DNA from: Octopus vulgaris
Taxonomy: Eukaryota
Reading direction: 5' to 3'
NCBI GenBank assembly: GCA_951406725.2
Contig: OX597817.1
Span: 40,052,001-40,116,000, forward strand
DNA: 64,000 nt
Shown here: positions 40,108 to 54,025 of the stretch, piece by piece
Layout of the letters: every line of letters begins with the position of its first letter
Numbering within the stretch: the first letter of the stretch is position 1
Position numbers and translations under genes: made by a program
Notes under the pieces: generated by a model
The model's database searches: none
What the model saw: the letters and a program-made list of their open reading frames with translations, nothing else
Told to the model about the DNA's origin: nothing

Positions 40108-40737
40108 ATGTATATAACAATAATAAATCTCTGAGCGAGGTATAAACAGTAGCTACACAACATTGTGGAGTATATTTGCCACTTAAATGGGGCTAACCCT
40201 TAAGGGTGGATGCTATTGTAGTTTGTAGCCCCAGGAGGACACCTCTTCCAGCTAGCTATTGACACACTTTCTATGCCCTATCAGTATTTACAAAGGGAAG
40301 CCATCCTTCCCATCTTCAACCTTTGTGATACACACGGACTCGAGTTTCTGAGTATTGACCCATCATCAGGATGTGACAATCACTGGTTGTGGATGAAAAG
40401 TAGGTTCCCATTGCAAATATACTGATAGGGCACAGAAGGTGTGTCAATAGCCAGCTGGAGGAGGTGTCCTCCTGGGGCTACAAGCTACAGTAGCATCCAC
40501 CCTTAGGGGTTAGCCACATTTAAGTGGCAAATATATTTCACGATATATAAATAGATAGATATAGATATATACAACAGGCTCCTTTTAGTTTACTTTCACC
40601 TACCAAACCTGCTCACAAGGTTATGGTTGGTGCAATAGTATGGTAGAAGACACTTGCCTAAGGTGCCATGCAGTGGGACTGAACCAGGAAGCATGTAGTT
40701 GGGAAGTAAGCTTCTTACCACATAGCCATACCTGCAA
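39854..40737 (-). mobile_element. SINE family A split at its internal (TA)n tract by a hammerhead-bearing fold-back element
   Basis: 3' half at 39854-40050, 5' half at 40573-40737, unrelated inverted repeat between them. Confidence 0.8.
40331..40375 (-). ncRNA. Near-intact minimal type-I hammerhead ribozyme in the loop of fold-back element 40172-40534
   Basis: Minus strand CACATC-CTGATGA-TGGGT-CAAT-ACTCA-GAAAC-TCGA-GTC-CGTGTG: 5-bp stem II, palindromic stem III ACTCGAGT, GUC site, one C-C mismatch at the base of stem I. Confidence 0.75.
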
Positions 40738-41477
40738 CTATATTTAACTTTGTGAAGAAGTGGTTAATAATCTGAAAAAATATCTTCATATGAACGACTC
40801 CTCTCAGATGTTTTAGCATTTAATTAACAGGGCTAATCACTCATTGATAGATGTTTCTCATTAAGAAAAGTCCATCAATCAAATATCTTTATCATACTTC
40901 TATAATCAAAATAAATTTTGATTGATTGACTGTTGGTTAAAGCTTGACTTAGTGACAAAGAATTTCTCTCTTTCTCTACAGTTATTTGCTTGTAATGCTT
41001 ACCAATTCAAATAACAATCTAACAACTAGCAAGATATTTCTTTCTATTGTCTTGGTTTTAATTGTTAATTTAATCTAATTTTTGTTAAATTTGTTGTTGT
41101 TGGTATCAGTATCATTGCAGCTGCTTATTTGAAATATTTTATTGCTTTTTTTTTTCATATTATATTATGGATATTTTTTTCCTTTGTAATTTAATTTTGC
41201 AATCTGTTCATGACACGAGAAGAAGTTTTATAATAAGTACTTATAAAATTACATACTAAGTTTCTCAGACGCAAACCTGATTAACTAATATGTGTGGATT
41301 TATATCTGCATATGTGTGTGTGTATTTCTGCATGTGTGTGTGAGTGTGATCTTTTGTTAATCTTGTTTTGAAAACAGATAAGATTTTTCCAAAGGCATAT
41401 GTATTTAAATGAATTAAAATACTTTCTATCATATATTTATATAATAAAGAATAATTTACATATTCTCCCTCCCCTTC

Positions 41478-41780
<303 letters not shown>

Positions 41781-42491
41781 CAAAGAAAATATGACAAAAT
41801 ATGATACTATTTATGTTGATGTTGACAAAGAGCATATGTACACATGTATACACAAATGTATATATGTATACACATATATATATATACGCAAGCACACATC
41901 CTATATAATACTTGCACTATATTCTTCTCATTTTTATGCATCACTGAAATAAAATTATATTTCAGTAGGTCACCATAGTAATGAGTATCAAGCAGTTGAA
42001 CATATATACATATATATAGCTTAATGTGTATTCAAAACTTTTCTGTGAAGATTGTTGAATTATCACATATGTAGATATGTTCTTATATGTCATCCATTTG
42101 TAGTTGAGAAACAGCTAGTTTAGTAGATAATCAAATAATGGTATGAATTTAAGAATAATTTGTGTGTATGTCCATATGCATACATATTCACACATGAATA
42201 TATATATTTTTTGTATCATGATGATGATGATGGTGATATAAAAAATGTATGTATATATGTATATGCCTTTGTTTAAAACTTCATCTGATGATCGTTTCGG
42301 CTAATATGTTAGTAAAAATGTTCGCTGTGCCAAATTTTAAATATAAAGACATGACGCTTTACATTTATATCATGAAACGATTACTAAATATTTAAGTTGT
42401 CCACTTTCATTGAACCAATTTCAACAAAGATAATACAAACTATATAACACGTGCACACACATATATACATATATATACAATTCATACAAAC

Positions 42492-42526
<35 letters not shown>

Positions 42527-42589
42527 TATATATATGTATGTATGTTTATGTATGTATGTGCGTATATATATATATGTATGTATCTATGT

Positions 42590-43090
42590 ATCATCATCAT
42601 CATCCTTCGTTTAACGTCTGCTTTCCATATTGGCATGGGTTGGACGATTTGACTGAGGATTGGCGAACCAGATGGCTGCACTGGACTCCAATCTGATCTA
42701 GCAGAGTTTCTACAGCTGGATGCCCTTCATAACGCCAACCACTCCTAATGAGTGCTTTTATGTGCCACCAGCACGAGGGCCAGTCAGGTGGTACTGGCAA
42801 CGCCCACGCTCAAATGGGTTTTTTTTATGTGCCACCTGCACAGGAGCCAGTCCAGCAGCATTGGCAATGACCTTACTGGAATGTTTTTTCATGTGCCACC
42901 AGCACAAGTGCCAGTAAGGTGACACTGGTAGCAATCATGCTTGAATGGTGCTTTTTACATGCCACCAGCATGGAAGCCAGTCAGCTGCTCAGGCTACGAT
43001 CATGCTCAGATGGTGCTCTTAGCGCTCCACTAGTACGGATGCCAGTCATCAAATTTGATTTTGATTTCACTTGCCTCAACAGGTCTTCTC
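42590..43090 (-). mobile_element. Repeat family B with about 6 internal tandem units
   Basis: Same tail and repeated GGTGCTTTTTA(C/T)GTGCCACC units. Confidence 0.75.
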
Positions 43091-43341
43091 ACTCTTCTTT
43101 GGCAATGTCCTGCCATTTATATTATGACCTCCAGACTTCAAGAGTATGCCTAGGCACTTGCGACCATCTATCTTTCTTTTCTTTTACCTGACTATCCCAT
43201 TTATATCCTGATGCCTGTTCTTTGTGAGTATGCCCAGCACTCAGCCATCATCTCTATCCTGCTGTCTCCCACTCTCTCTCCCTCTGCTCTTCCCTTAGGT
43301 TGGGTAACCATACCTGTTCCTGTCCTCATTCTTAACCTGTG

Positions 43342-43387
<46 letters not shown>

Positions 43388-43469
43388 AGTGGGTAACCTT
43401 GTACCTCCTCTACAGCAAGATACCTGTTTCTGTCTCTTTGTCTCACTATACCCTTTCATCATCTGACAC

Positions 43470-43542
43470 AAGATTACAGGGATGTAAACACACCACCATT
43501 GGTTGTCAAGCGATGTTGGGGAACAAAGGCACACAAACATAT

Positions 43543-43582
<40 letters not shown>

Positions 43583-43767
43583 TGCATTTTCAAACCTTCT
43601 TTCATATATATATATATATACATATATACAACGGGCTTCTTTCAGTTTCCGTCTACCAAATCCACTCACAAGGCTTTGGTCGGCCCGAAGCTATAGGTGC
43701 CACACAGTGGGAATGAAACCAGAACCATGTGTTTGGTAAGCAAGCTACTCACCACACAGCCACTCCT
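43470..43767 (-). mobile_element. SINE family A, 3'-truncated
   Basis: Matches the family head and body. Confidence 0.8.
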
Positions 43768-43777
43768 TATATATCTA

Positions 43778-43835
<58 letters not shown>

Positions 43836-43878
43836 CATATATACACATACATACATACATACATACATACATATGCAT

Positions 43879-43948
<70 letters not shown>

Positions 43949-44169
43949 ATGTATATATAAATACATACACATTTATATAATCATCATCATCATTTAGCAT
44001 CCGCTTTCCATGCTAGCATAGGTTGGACGGTTCAACTGGGGTCTGGGAAGCCAGAAGGCTGCACCAGGTCCAGTCTGAGTGGAAATTGATGATTTAAAGT
44101 CTGTTCTCAGCATATTGGCATAGAAATAATTTTTCTTTTGCCCTTGCTTATAAGTTGTATATGTAGTTA

Positions 44170-44338
44170 GGCGTAGGAGTGGCTGTGTGGTAAGTAGCTT
44201 GCTTACGAACCACATAGTTCCAGGTTCAGTCCCACTGTGTGGCACCTTGGGCAAGTGTCTTCTACTATAGCCTCAGGCTGACCAAAGCCTTGTGAGTGGA
44301 TTTGGTAGATGGAAACTGAAAGAAGCCCGTCGTATATT

Positions 44339-44390
<52 letters not shown>

Positions 44391-44603
44391 TGTGTGTATG
44401 TGTTTGTGCCTCTGTTTTGTCCCCCCAACATCGCTTGACAACTGATGGTGGTGTGTTTACGTCCCTGTAACTTAGTGGTTTGGCAAAAGAGACTGATAGA
44501 ATAAGTACTAGGCTTACAAAGGATAAGTCCTGGGGTCGATTTGCTCGACTAAAGGCAGTGCTCCAGCATGACCACGGTCAAATGACTGAAACAAGTAAAA
44601 GAG
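44170..44603 (+). mobile_element. Full-length SINE family A
   Basis: Colinear with 6950-7341. Confidence 0.88.
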
Positions 44604-44727
44604 TATAGATATATATATTTATTTTATTATATATATATATCAGTAAATTATAAATCTGAAAGAGCTGTGCACTCTAAGTTATTGAGCAGTAGAGTGTTTA
44701 GAGAATGTTAGCTATGCCCAGTTCATA

Positions 44728-44791
44728 GGGTTATCCAGGGTTTCACGTCCATAAATCGCTTAGCTTTCTTTACACACGTCTCATCAGACCC
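44728..44791 (-). ncRNA. Hammerhead ribozyme motif inside fold-back element 44639-44930
   Basis: Minus strand GGGT-CTGATGA-GACGT...ACGT-GAAAC-CCTGG-ATA-ACCC: perfect stem I GGGT/ACCC, lesions in stems II and III. Confidence 0.6.
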
Positions 44792-45345
44792 TAATGGCCG
44801 GTGGCCTATAACCTCTAAGAGCTTTATGGACACGAAACCTTATGGACTGGCCATAATGAACATTCTCAAAATACTCTACACTCTATAAACTTAGAGTGTG
44901 CTTCTCTTTCGGATTTACAATTTACTGATGATCCATTTCACTCCCTAGTCAGAGTGTTTTGCTAAGACCACTGGGGAATGGTCTCACATCTTATCTCTCT
45001 ATATTCAATTCTTCTATCTATTGCAGACCATTACTCCTCTTTCTTTCTTTCTTTCTCCTCCCCACTCTCTCTCTCTGCCTCTCCCTCCCTCTCTCTCTCT
45101 CTCTCTCTCTCATTACATCCCCTCTTGTCATTCATTAACTGTCATCACCTACACTTTCATCCCAGCATCTGCATTCATCAATTACTCTCATATTACTCCT
45201 TCTATCACTTAACATCCATTACTCTGCCTCTCATCTCTTTCTCTCTCTCTCCCCTATTACTCTCTCATTTTCAGCACTTTTTTCTTTTATCATTGTGTCT
45301 GCCTCATGTCACTCTCTCAGCCATAGTGCCACTCATGCTGTTTCT

Positions 45346-45563
45346 TATTTCTTTATTGCCCACAAGGGGATAAACAAGGACAGACAAAGGGATTAAGTCG
45401 ATTACATCGAACCCAGTGCGTAACTGGTACTTAATTTATCGACCCCGAAAGGATGAAGGGCAAAGTCGACCTCGGCAGAATTTGAACTCAGAACATAGCG
45501 GCGGACGAAATACTGCTAAGCATTTCACCCAACATGCTAACGTTTCTGCCAGCTCGCTGCCTA
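45346..45563 (-). mobile_element. SINE family C with 18-bp TSD
   Basis: Reverse complement of 1656-1873; GCCACTCATGCTGTTTCT at 45328-45345 and 45564-45581. Other copies near 17930-18145, 27425-27605, 61065-61560 and 62275-62490. Confidence 0.87.
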
Positions 45564-47709
45564 GCCACTCATGCTGTTTCTATCCAAGCTCTTTGCCACC
45601 AATCCTCATGTAGCTGTTTATCACTCTCTTCCTTTACTCTCTTCTCTATTAGCTTCCAGTGCTATAATTTTGGACCTCTTCTATTACTCTCTGCCCTATC
45701 ACCCTCTCATTCTGGTTTTCTTTTGCCAGTCTGTCTGTCAGGGATGCTGGTAAATGAATGATTGGAGGCATCATAAGATAAAGAAGTCTCTTTAGTCTCA
45801 TCAAAGACAAGACTAAAGTCTAGCATTCGTGTCGTGATAAATGCACCCAGAATACATTTATAAAGTGGTTTGTAATAGGAAAGATATCAAGCCATAGAAA
45901 GCTTATGAAAATAGAACATAGGACCGGGATATGGTTACCAACCTTTCTAAGTAGGCAGCAACTCCAAATAAGAACTGACTCAGTCACCCAACCCATAACA
46001 AGCCACCCAACCCATAACAGCATGGAAAAGCAAATGTATAATAATGATAATGATAAGGAAAATGTAGTTATGTATGTACATATATACATACGATGATACG
46101 TATCTGTGTGTGTGTGCGTGTGTGAAATTGTTATTAGTTAGCGTAAGAGAGAAGCCTTGTATTCATAGCCATTATAGATTAGAAAATAGAAATGATAGAA
46201 ATAACATTATGTGGTTGTTGCTTAGTCTTAGGTCAGCTTTGCATAGCCTTTGTCCTGTTAGATGAGCGATATGTAATTTATTTGTATATTATAATTTATT
46301 GCCAATGATAAATACACTTATACAAAAGTGGATAATAAACAAAACACTGATGCCATAATAAAATCTAGAATATATTTATATAGATGTACCATCCATGAAA
46401 TAGTTATTGTTATTACTGCATTAGTACATGTAAAAATATCTTACATTTTCTCCAATGATTTGGGCAGATTTTCTACTCTATTCAACTACAACTTAGCATT
46501 TATTTGGCTTCTTTAAAAGAAGAAATAAAGAAAATACAATTAGAAATGTAGTGTGAAAATATCAAATATCAGTGGTGTGTTATCTTGGATATTATAGTAT
46601 TTAATAATATAAGCATCACATAATATCATATCACATATGAAGCGAGGCTTGTCTTTGGAATATCAAAGCTCTAAACAGCCACAAGTGAAATAACTGTGCC
46701 ATGATCAGTTGCATCTATCTCACAAAATTCTCAACCAAAACTTTACTGCCTTTGGTCTATTTAATGTCAAAGGGTTGTTTGATAGAGAAAGCTAAACTAA
46801 TTTAATCACTTACCACACATAAATCAAAGACTAATAAAGACACTCAGTGTCTAGCTGGATGTTACTTCCATCAAAGTTTTTATCTAAATAAACCTTAGAT
46901 TGTCAGAATCAAATGTGATGTGAAATATTTTTACATCAATGTTTAATAAGTACAATACTGGGGAGAATAGATGAAAGATAGGCCCTGGTCACTTGTTGTC
47001 ATCTCAAAGGCATCCAGTTATTGGACACCGGAAGCAATTACCTACAAACAGTAGAAATAACATAGTAATAATTGTAGCAACATCAGTCTGTTAAATCAGG
47101 AGAGGAATAATGTGCAAGTATTATATATCATGTGTGTATATGTGTGTAAGTGTGAGAAGGTGTGGTTTATATGTGGAATTATGGCATGTCTAAACAAATT
47201 CCAATAATGCATAAGCTTTAACAGATTCCAAACATGGTGCATGAACCACTGATATAAACAGTACCAGACTGTTATCCTCTTAGATCTGAAATTAGATTCC
47301 AACTGACACATTGTATAATAATCTTCCTTCTCTGCAATAGTCCTATAGATAAGCTCAACTAACTTACTGATACTTAATATAGATTTTGTGAGCACAACAG
47401 ATAACCGCAACTTTTTAATTTTCATCCCGTATATATTAAATTTTTAAATCTTTAAAACATAACATGAAAGGATAACCTTAAATTGCTTGTCAAGGTGAAA
47501 TAATAGAACATATATCATACATCCTTAAACAAACAAATAGTTTACAAAACACTTATGATGTAACTGATGTTGCTGTGTACTTTAAATATAAAAGGAATTA
47601 TTTTTTATATTTCTGAAATTAATTGTGTGTGTGTGTTTTATTTTTATTTATTTATTCTTTTGTCATGTTTTATCTGCTGATTCTTATAGTGGTAACTTAA
47701 ATATTTTAG

Positions 47710-47802
47710 GAAAATAGACCATCACCAATTGGTATATATGATACCTCAGATGGAGAAAATTCAAAAGAGGATTCAGACAAAGTCATTAGGAAAGATGTCA
47801 AT
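47710..47802 (+). CDS. Small coding exon (31 aa, phase 0/0), acidic linker ENRPSPIGIYDTSDGENSKEDSDKVIRKDVN
   Basis: Pyrimidine-rich upstream region, acceptor atattttag|GAA, consensus donor AAT|gtaagt, 93 nt, open in phase 0. Confidence 0.72.
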
Positions 47803-49545
47803 GTAAGTTATGAAGGTTAAATTAAAGAATATCTTTACTATAGCATCATACTTAAATTAGATAATCATTGGAAGTCTAATTAACTTCACCGTTAGTCTTG
47901 AGATAGCATCTCTTAGAGAAATTTAGTGTTAAAAACCACAAAAAATGTATAAGTAGATGAAAATTGTTCAGCAGTGGTGGTGGGCGATTTTCAGCTGCTG
48001 CTGATACATTTTTGTGTTCTTTAACACTGATTAATCATCATCACCATAATCATTTAACGTCTGTTTTCCATGATGGCATGGGTTGGATGGCTTGACAGAT
48101 GAGCTGGCAAGCCAGAGGACTGCACCAAGCTTCGTAGTAGGTGGTGACACAGGCCATGATGACCCATCCGACCTATGCCAGTATGAAAAGCAGATGTAAA
48201 ATGATGATGGTATCAGGGTGGCAGTATTTGCATTCATCTATTTAAGCTAAGGCATGAAAGATAATGGGATTCTTTTAAAATCAATATTTAGAGCAAAGTT
48301 TGATGTTTTCTTACAGGAAATTAGAACCGATAAGTTTGTAAATACTGTTATTTTCAGAAACTTTTAATTTTGCTATTTTAAATGGGGAAATAAAGAAACA
48401 AACAGCTTATAATCGTTAACTATTTTTATACCCACCTGCTTGGAACCATCCCTGGTTCTATCACACAGACATCCTTTCTAATGTCATCTAATTTAAAACC
48501 TTCAAAATTTCATGTTAATTTACATTCCAAACATCAGTTTAATAATGACAATGTTATTTTACAAAATTCATTATGGTTTTTAAAACTAATTGAAACAAGG
48601 CAGTGTGTCTCAACGGAAATCATCATCATTATCATTATCATCTTCATCATCATCATCATCCTTTAATGTCCATTATCCATGTTGGCATGAGTTGGACGGT
48701 TTGACCACAGCTAGCAAGCTGGTGAGCTGCACCAGGTTCCTGTCCAATTTGGTAGGGTTTCTATGGTTGGATGCCCTTCCTAATGTCAACCACTTTATAA
48801 TGTGTGTTGGATGCTTTTAATGCAGTACTGGCATGAGCACTTTTATGTGGGACCGGCACAGGAAAATATGGTAACAAAAAAATTTATGAAAGTTTTGCTG
48901 GCTTTTTGTTTTATTACTATTTATAATATATCTGTAAGAAGATAACAATAAATGTATTACTAGAATCATCCAGCTCTTACTCATAAGACTGTGATCTAGT
49001 AGATGAACCCTAACCCTGACAATCCCAAGTTGAGCTGTCAGTTTATTGTAGTGGATATGCTGAGAAGATTGTATCATCATCATTTAACATTTGTTTTTCA
49101 TGCTGGCACAGGGTCGATGGCTTGACAGGAGCTGGCAAGGCCAGGTGGGGCCGCACTAGATTCCATAATCTGTTTTGGCTTGGTTTCTACAGCTGGATGC
49201 CCTTCTTATTACCAACCACTTTAAAGAATGTACTGATATACTCAATATATTTTCTTTGTATCTTGGTTAATTGTGGCAATTAGCCTTAGGTTTACTGCCC
49301 AGAGAGCTGACAAAAAAATCTGCCGCAAATTTTAAACTCAAGACACATGAGTTAATAGTCTAATACTTTTTCCACTTTGCCATTTTCTCTCTACTGTAAA
49401 GAGATAACCATGTAAGTTTGTTAACCATATAATATTGAGATCATGTTATCTCTAAACTGAACAACCTACTTTTCTTGAGGTTGAGAAAAAATATATTTCT
49501 ATAATCTATATATTTAAGATTTTTCTTTGTTTTGTTACTGTGCAG

Positions 49546-49710
49546 CTGTACACTAAGAAGGAAGTACAACTATCTCTCTCCGAAGAACAAAAAGAATATC
49601 AAAGATTAATACAAGACATAAGCAGTAAACTGCATCTGCTTAACACCAAACTTTGCTTGCAGCCATCAGTATCCCATCTGAATATAGAGACTCACATTAT
49701 TGAACACAAT
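49546..49710 (+). CDS. Coding exon (55 aa, phase 0/0), first half of a spectrin repeat
   Basis: Acceptor ttttgttactgtgcag|CTG, donor AAT|gtaagt. LYTKKEVQLSLSEEQKEYQRLIQDISSKL...IETHIIEHN. Confidence 0.87.
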
Positions 49711-50032
49711 GTAAGTGTTGCTTTTATTCTTTTTGAAGATTATCACTGAAGTTATACTCAATAATGGTGTGTGTATATGCTTGTGTGTCTGTCTATGTTA
49801 CTGTTCATATGTATGTTTGTGTATGTGTAAGCAGTTTTACAATTTAATCAATTGATACTTAAATTTAAAGGAAAAACTTTAACTTTCTATCCGATAGTTT
49901 CAAGTCTAGTGTTCTATCAGTTTATATTATGTACAATATCTCTAATCAACTGACTTTAATATTCCTAGTTTTAATCATTCTGAGATTTATTAATAAATAT
50001 TTAATTTTATATCTGCTTCCTTTTGTTGCCAG

Positions 50033-50215
50033 GCCATTTTACAAGATTTTAATAATCTGAAAAACAAAATCGATCAAATTAACAACTTGTCAGAGAATGT
50101 TTCCAGATCAATTGATCCTCAGGGACTCCAAGCCATCAACACCACTCTCTCTGTCTTTAATGATCGTGTTCATACTCTTGAAGTTGGCATCAAAGACAGA
50201 GAGCTTCATCTACAG
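50033..50215 (+). CDS. Coding exon (61 aa, phase 0/0), second half of a spectrin repeat; absent from the ORF track
   Basis: Acceptor cttccttttgttgccag|GCC, donor CAG|gtaaga. AILQDFNNLKNKIDQINNLSENVSRSIDPQGLQAINTTLSVFNDRVHTLEVGIKDRELHLQ. Confidence 0.9.
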
Positions 50216-52618
50216 GTAAGACCTGGAAAGTGAAAAAGTTTTCTAAACTTCAATCATTTATAGAATTTTAGATTGGCTATGTTCCAAGAATTCAAGCTGG
50301 TTGAGCCAGTAAGGTATTAGTATATTGTCAGAAGACTTGGCAGTTTATATCCATTTTTAGCTTATATTTAGAAGTGAAGCATTCATATTTGAGACTGTCT
50401 AAACTATAAGAATGTCATCAGTTTTGAAGTATATGAATGATTTGTGTAAAGGAAAAGAAAATTGTCTTTAATTTTTATTGCTTATATATTTGAGTTGCAT
50501 CCAGTTTATATTGAATTCAAATCTCAGCATATTTAACAAGTATTTAGAGTTCTGGAAAATTAATTGAAAGGTTACATTTCCTTGAAATATTTCTTTAAGT
50601 AACAAGAATTCACTTGCAGGTGGAAAAGACACTTTACTGTTTTATATTCTCTTCTCTTCTGTAATTCAATCCTATAATGAACTAAAAGGAAGGCTATTAT
50701 ATGGAGATGGAACTTATTGCTCATATGATACACCCCTGTGGTGGACTTACTTGTACAAACACATATTATATACTCTCATTGATTAATAGATCTATCACTG
50801 CCACACAGGCAGGACAATGCGATGACAAATATTATCAAATAGCAACACACTGTGAGTTCCATTTTACAGAATTCAGTACTTTGGGTGAAATGTCAAAAAC
50901 CATGCAACAATTGAGGAAATCTGCAAACAACTCATTGAAATAACCAATGTCGTGCGAACCTTTGCTTCTTCACCAAGGACTTTTAATAGTTATAAATCAA
51001 GGAAACACAACCAGTGTCACAAACTGTATTCAGCCCGCATATTTATTTCAACTTACATAACATTCAGTATTAAATTCAATTTCATCTTTGTTTTATTTCA
51101 TATAAACATTGATAAGCAAAGAGCTGTTTATTTTTTTCTCGTTGAATCAATAAATAAGGAAATATAATTAATAGGATATGAGAAATTCATTTTTTTCCCT
51201 ACTAAGTCAATAAATACAGGAAAAAAAACACAATTATATGAAACCGTACAGTTGTACTTCCTTTGATAATCATGCTGTCACAAGCTTCTCAAGATGGCCC
51301 CCTTCCTGATTTTTTTAATCGCACTCCATCTTTCCTTGTCACTATTAATAACACAAGTAGATTTAGTTTTTAAGTCTTGTTTGCTCTACCCAAAGACAGA
51401 TCAATAGACCTTTAGAAGGGTCTCAATCCTTAGTTCCCCCCATTGATATTTTTAGGAGATTAGACAAAGCTTCCTTCCTTCCTTGTTGGTATATCAGCTC
51501 TTTATTAATTGAAGAAATGAAAAAAAAAAAGAAAAATTTATTTATCTTTCTTAGAGAATTAAAGATTAGAACTAATTTCCTTTTTTCTTTCCTTTTCTTT
51601 TCTTTTTAATATTCTTTCTATTTTATCTCATTTGTCATTGGACCTTAGAGACAATTGCAAACAACCAAGAGTAGTTATTCTTGCCAAGACTTGCTACAGC
51701 CTCTTCGTGCTTATTAATTTAATTATATTTCTTTAATCCTTTGGGTTGTATGGCTTTTTTTTTTATCTCTTTCCCAAACCACATATTTTTTTAGATGCTT
51801 TGCAAAGTGTTTTATTTTTTTTTTTTTAAGTACTTTATATAATCGATTTTCCTTGGATGAAACCATTTTGGCTTTGTAGTTTTAATTTTTGAAGGTGGCT
51901 TTAATCCCACTTTTACATTTGCATGAGAGGCTTCACAATAGCAAGAAGGTGTTATTGAATGCACTCAGAATTCAATCATTTCATTATTTCACATAAACAT
52001 AGCTTGTAAAATAAATAGGTAAGTAACAAGTTTTGCTGTGGTTCATTCATGCTATTCTCTCTGGTAATGTTGCTTGTGGTATACATAACCATGAATTTCA
52101 ATTCATACAATTAACATTGACAACTTCATTATGATAGAAAATCATTTCAGTAGTGTATATATAAATGCTTTATTTTGTATTCATTAAAGTTCTATAATAA
52201 TCTTGCTGCCAAAATTGATGTATTACAATGAATTCCAATGAATTTGCTGTTCCTAAACTTAATGATTTCATTGTTGCAATGAAAGAAAACTAAAATTCCA
52301 TACAAAAACATATTCATGCAATCTTCAGAAATATTCTAAGATTTACAATTATATACATCATGTTTGACAAGAACATATTTAATTTCTGTACACATGCACA
52401 AATGGCTGTGTGTATACATACATCCATACATACATACATACATACATACATACATACATGCATGAATGCATACATACATACACACACACACATACATACA
52501 TACATACGAGTCCATACAAATCAAAAATAATGGTTAAAAATGTAAATAAAGTTGGAAAAAGCACAAAAGTATATTTTAGAGAATGTTCAGTATTTTTGCT
52601 AACCATGACTGATTTAAA

Positions 52619-52655
52619 ATATAACCAGTTTCGATGTATCCATCTCATCAAATAT
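52619..52655 (-). ncRNA. Minimal hammerhead motif (C3->U) next to a fold-back hairpin (~52665-52820)
   Basis: Minus strand ATAT-TTGATGA-GATG-GATA-CATC-GAAAC-TG-GTT-ATAT. Confidence 0.55.
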
Positions 52656-52853
52656 CAAAAAGAATTTTTTAGGAAATCAAAGAGAAAAAAAAATTGGGGT
52701 TTAACAGTTTGTACTCATGTTTTAGCATATATATATATATATACATATATATATGCACAATAAAAGATGAGTACAAACTGTTAAACCCTAATTTTTTTTC
52801 TCTTTTATTTTCTAAAATATATATATATATACACACACACATATTATACATAT

Positions 52854-52886
<33 letters not shown>

Positions 52887-53713
52887 TTTTATATATATAG
52901 TATTATATTAAAGCTGAAAAACCTCACAAACTGTCATTCAGAGTTACATGTAACAGATCATCAGGTAGTTGTGAGTACTTACAGCTTTTGCTACTGCAGT
53001 ATTGGTCTAAATACTCATGACTGTCTCATGATTTGGGAAGTTTTCCCCACTTCAATAAAATATAATTTTGCTCTACCTTTGATATTTCAGTGCTATTTTC
53101 CCACCTTGCTTTACATATATGTGCTCACATGTATATATATATATGTGTGTGTGTGTGTGCGTGCGCATGTGTGTGTTTGTATATATATGCAAGTACATGT
53201 CTGCAGGTACACATACACACACATTTATTTTTGCTTTTGCCAATTTTAGCCATTTTACTAAGGCCCTGATAGATCACTGCTTTCAAGGATTTTAGTCCCC
53301 AAAACTTAGTACGGTAAACATTTTATGGACCACTATCTATTAATTGACTAACTTCCTCATTTGGTTTCATCCCTTTAATACATTTCCCTTCCACAAATAA
53401 CTTTGATCCACAAGGAATTTTACATTTTATACACACGCACACACGAGCGCACCTTTTATCTTTTACTTGTTTCAGTCATTAAACCATGGCCATACTGAGA
53501 CACTGCCTTGAAGAGTTTAGTCATAAAAATCGACCACTATACTTATTTTTGTTAAGTCTGGTACTTACTCTGTCAATGTCTTCTGATGAACTGCTAAGTT
53601 ATGGAGATGTAAACAAACCAACTCCGGTTCTCAACTGATGGTGAGAGATAGACAAACATTCATACATACGCATATATGTGTGTGTATATATATTTATATA
53701 TATGTGTGTGTTG

Positions 53714-53928
53714 TACAGGGTGTGGCAGAAATACCTCTCACATCTGAAAGGTTGACAAAAGGAAAAAGAAACAACATTTATGAAAAATTATTTTTACTGC
53801 TGTTTAAAGAAAGGGTTACGGTTTTTGTTCATTAGCTAAATGAAAACATCATTGGCACTTGCATAAGTTCATTAGCAACACATAGGTGAAAGTTTAAGAT
53901 GTGGGAGGTATTTCTGCCGCATCTTGTA
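53714..53928. mobile_element. Tc1/mariner-type MITE
   Basis: TA-CAGGGTGTGGCAGAAATACCTCTCACATCT ... AGATGTGGGAGGTATTTCTGCCGCATCTTG-TA. Confidence 0.8.
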
Positions 53929-54025
53929 TGTATATATGGTATTGCTGTGTGTACATCTCCCATAACTTAGCAGTTCAGCAAATAGAACCAACAGAATAAG
54001 TACCAGACTTATGAAAAAAAAAAGA

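Noticed and set aside
41966-42022. Possible exon after ttcagtag acceptor
   Set aside because: No convincing donor, early stops, and no spectrin-like sequence.
42281-42390. Half-hammerhead (minus strand GAAAC-GATC-ATC) with an inverted echo
   Set aside because: No CUGANGA in the correct position. Similarly weak motifs at about 7540-7592 and 10230-10265 were also not counted.
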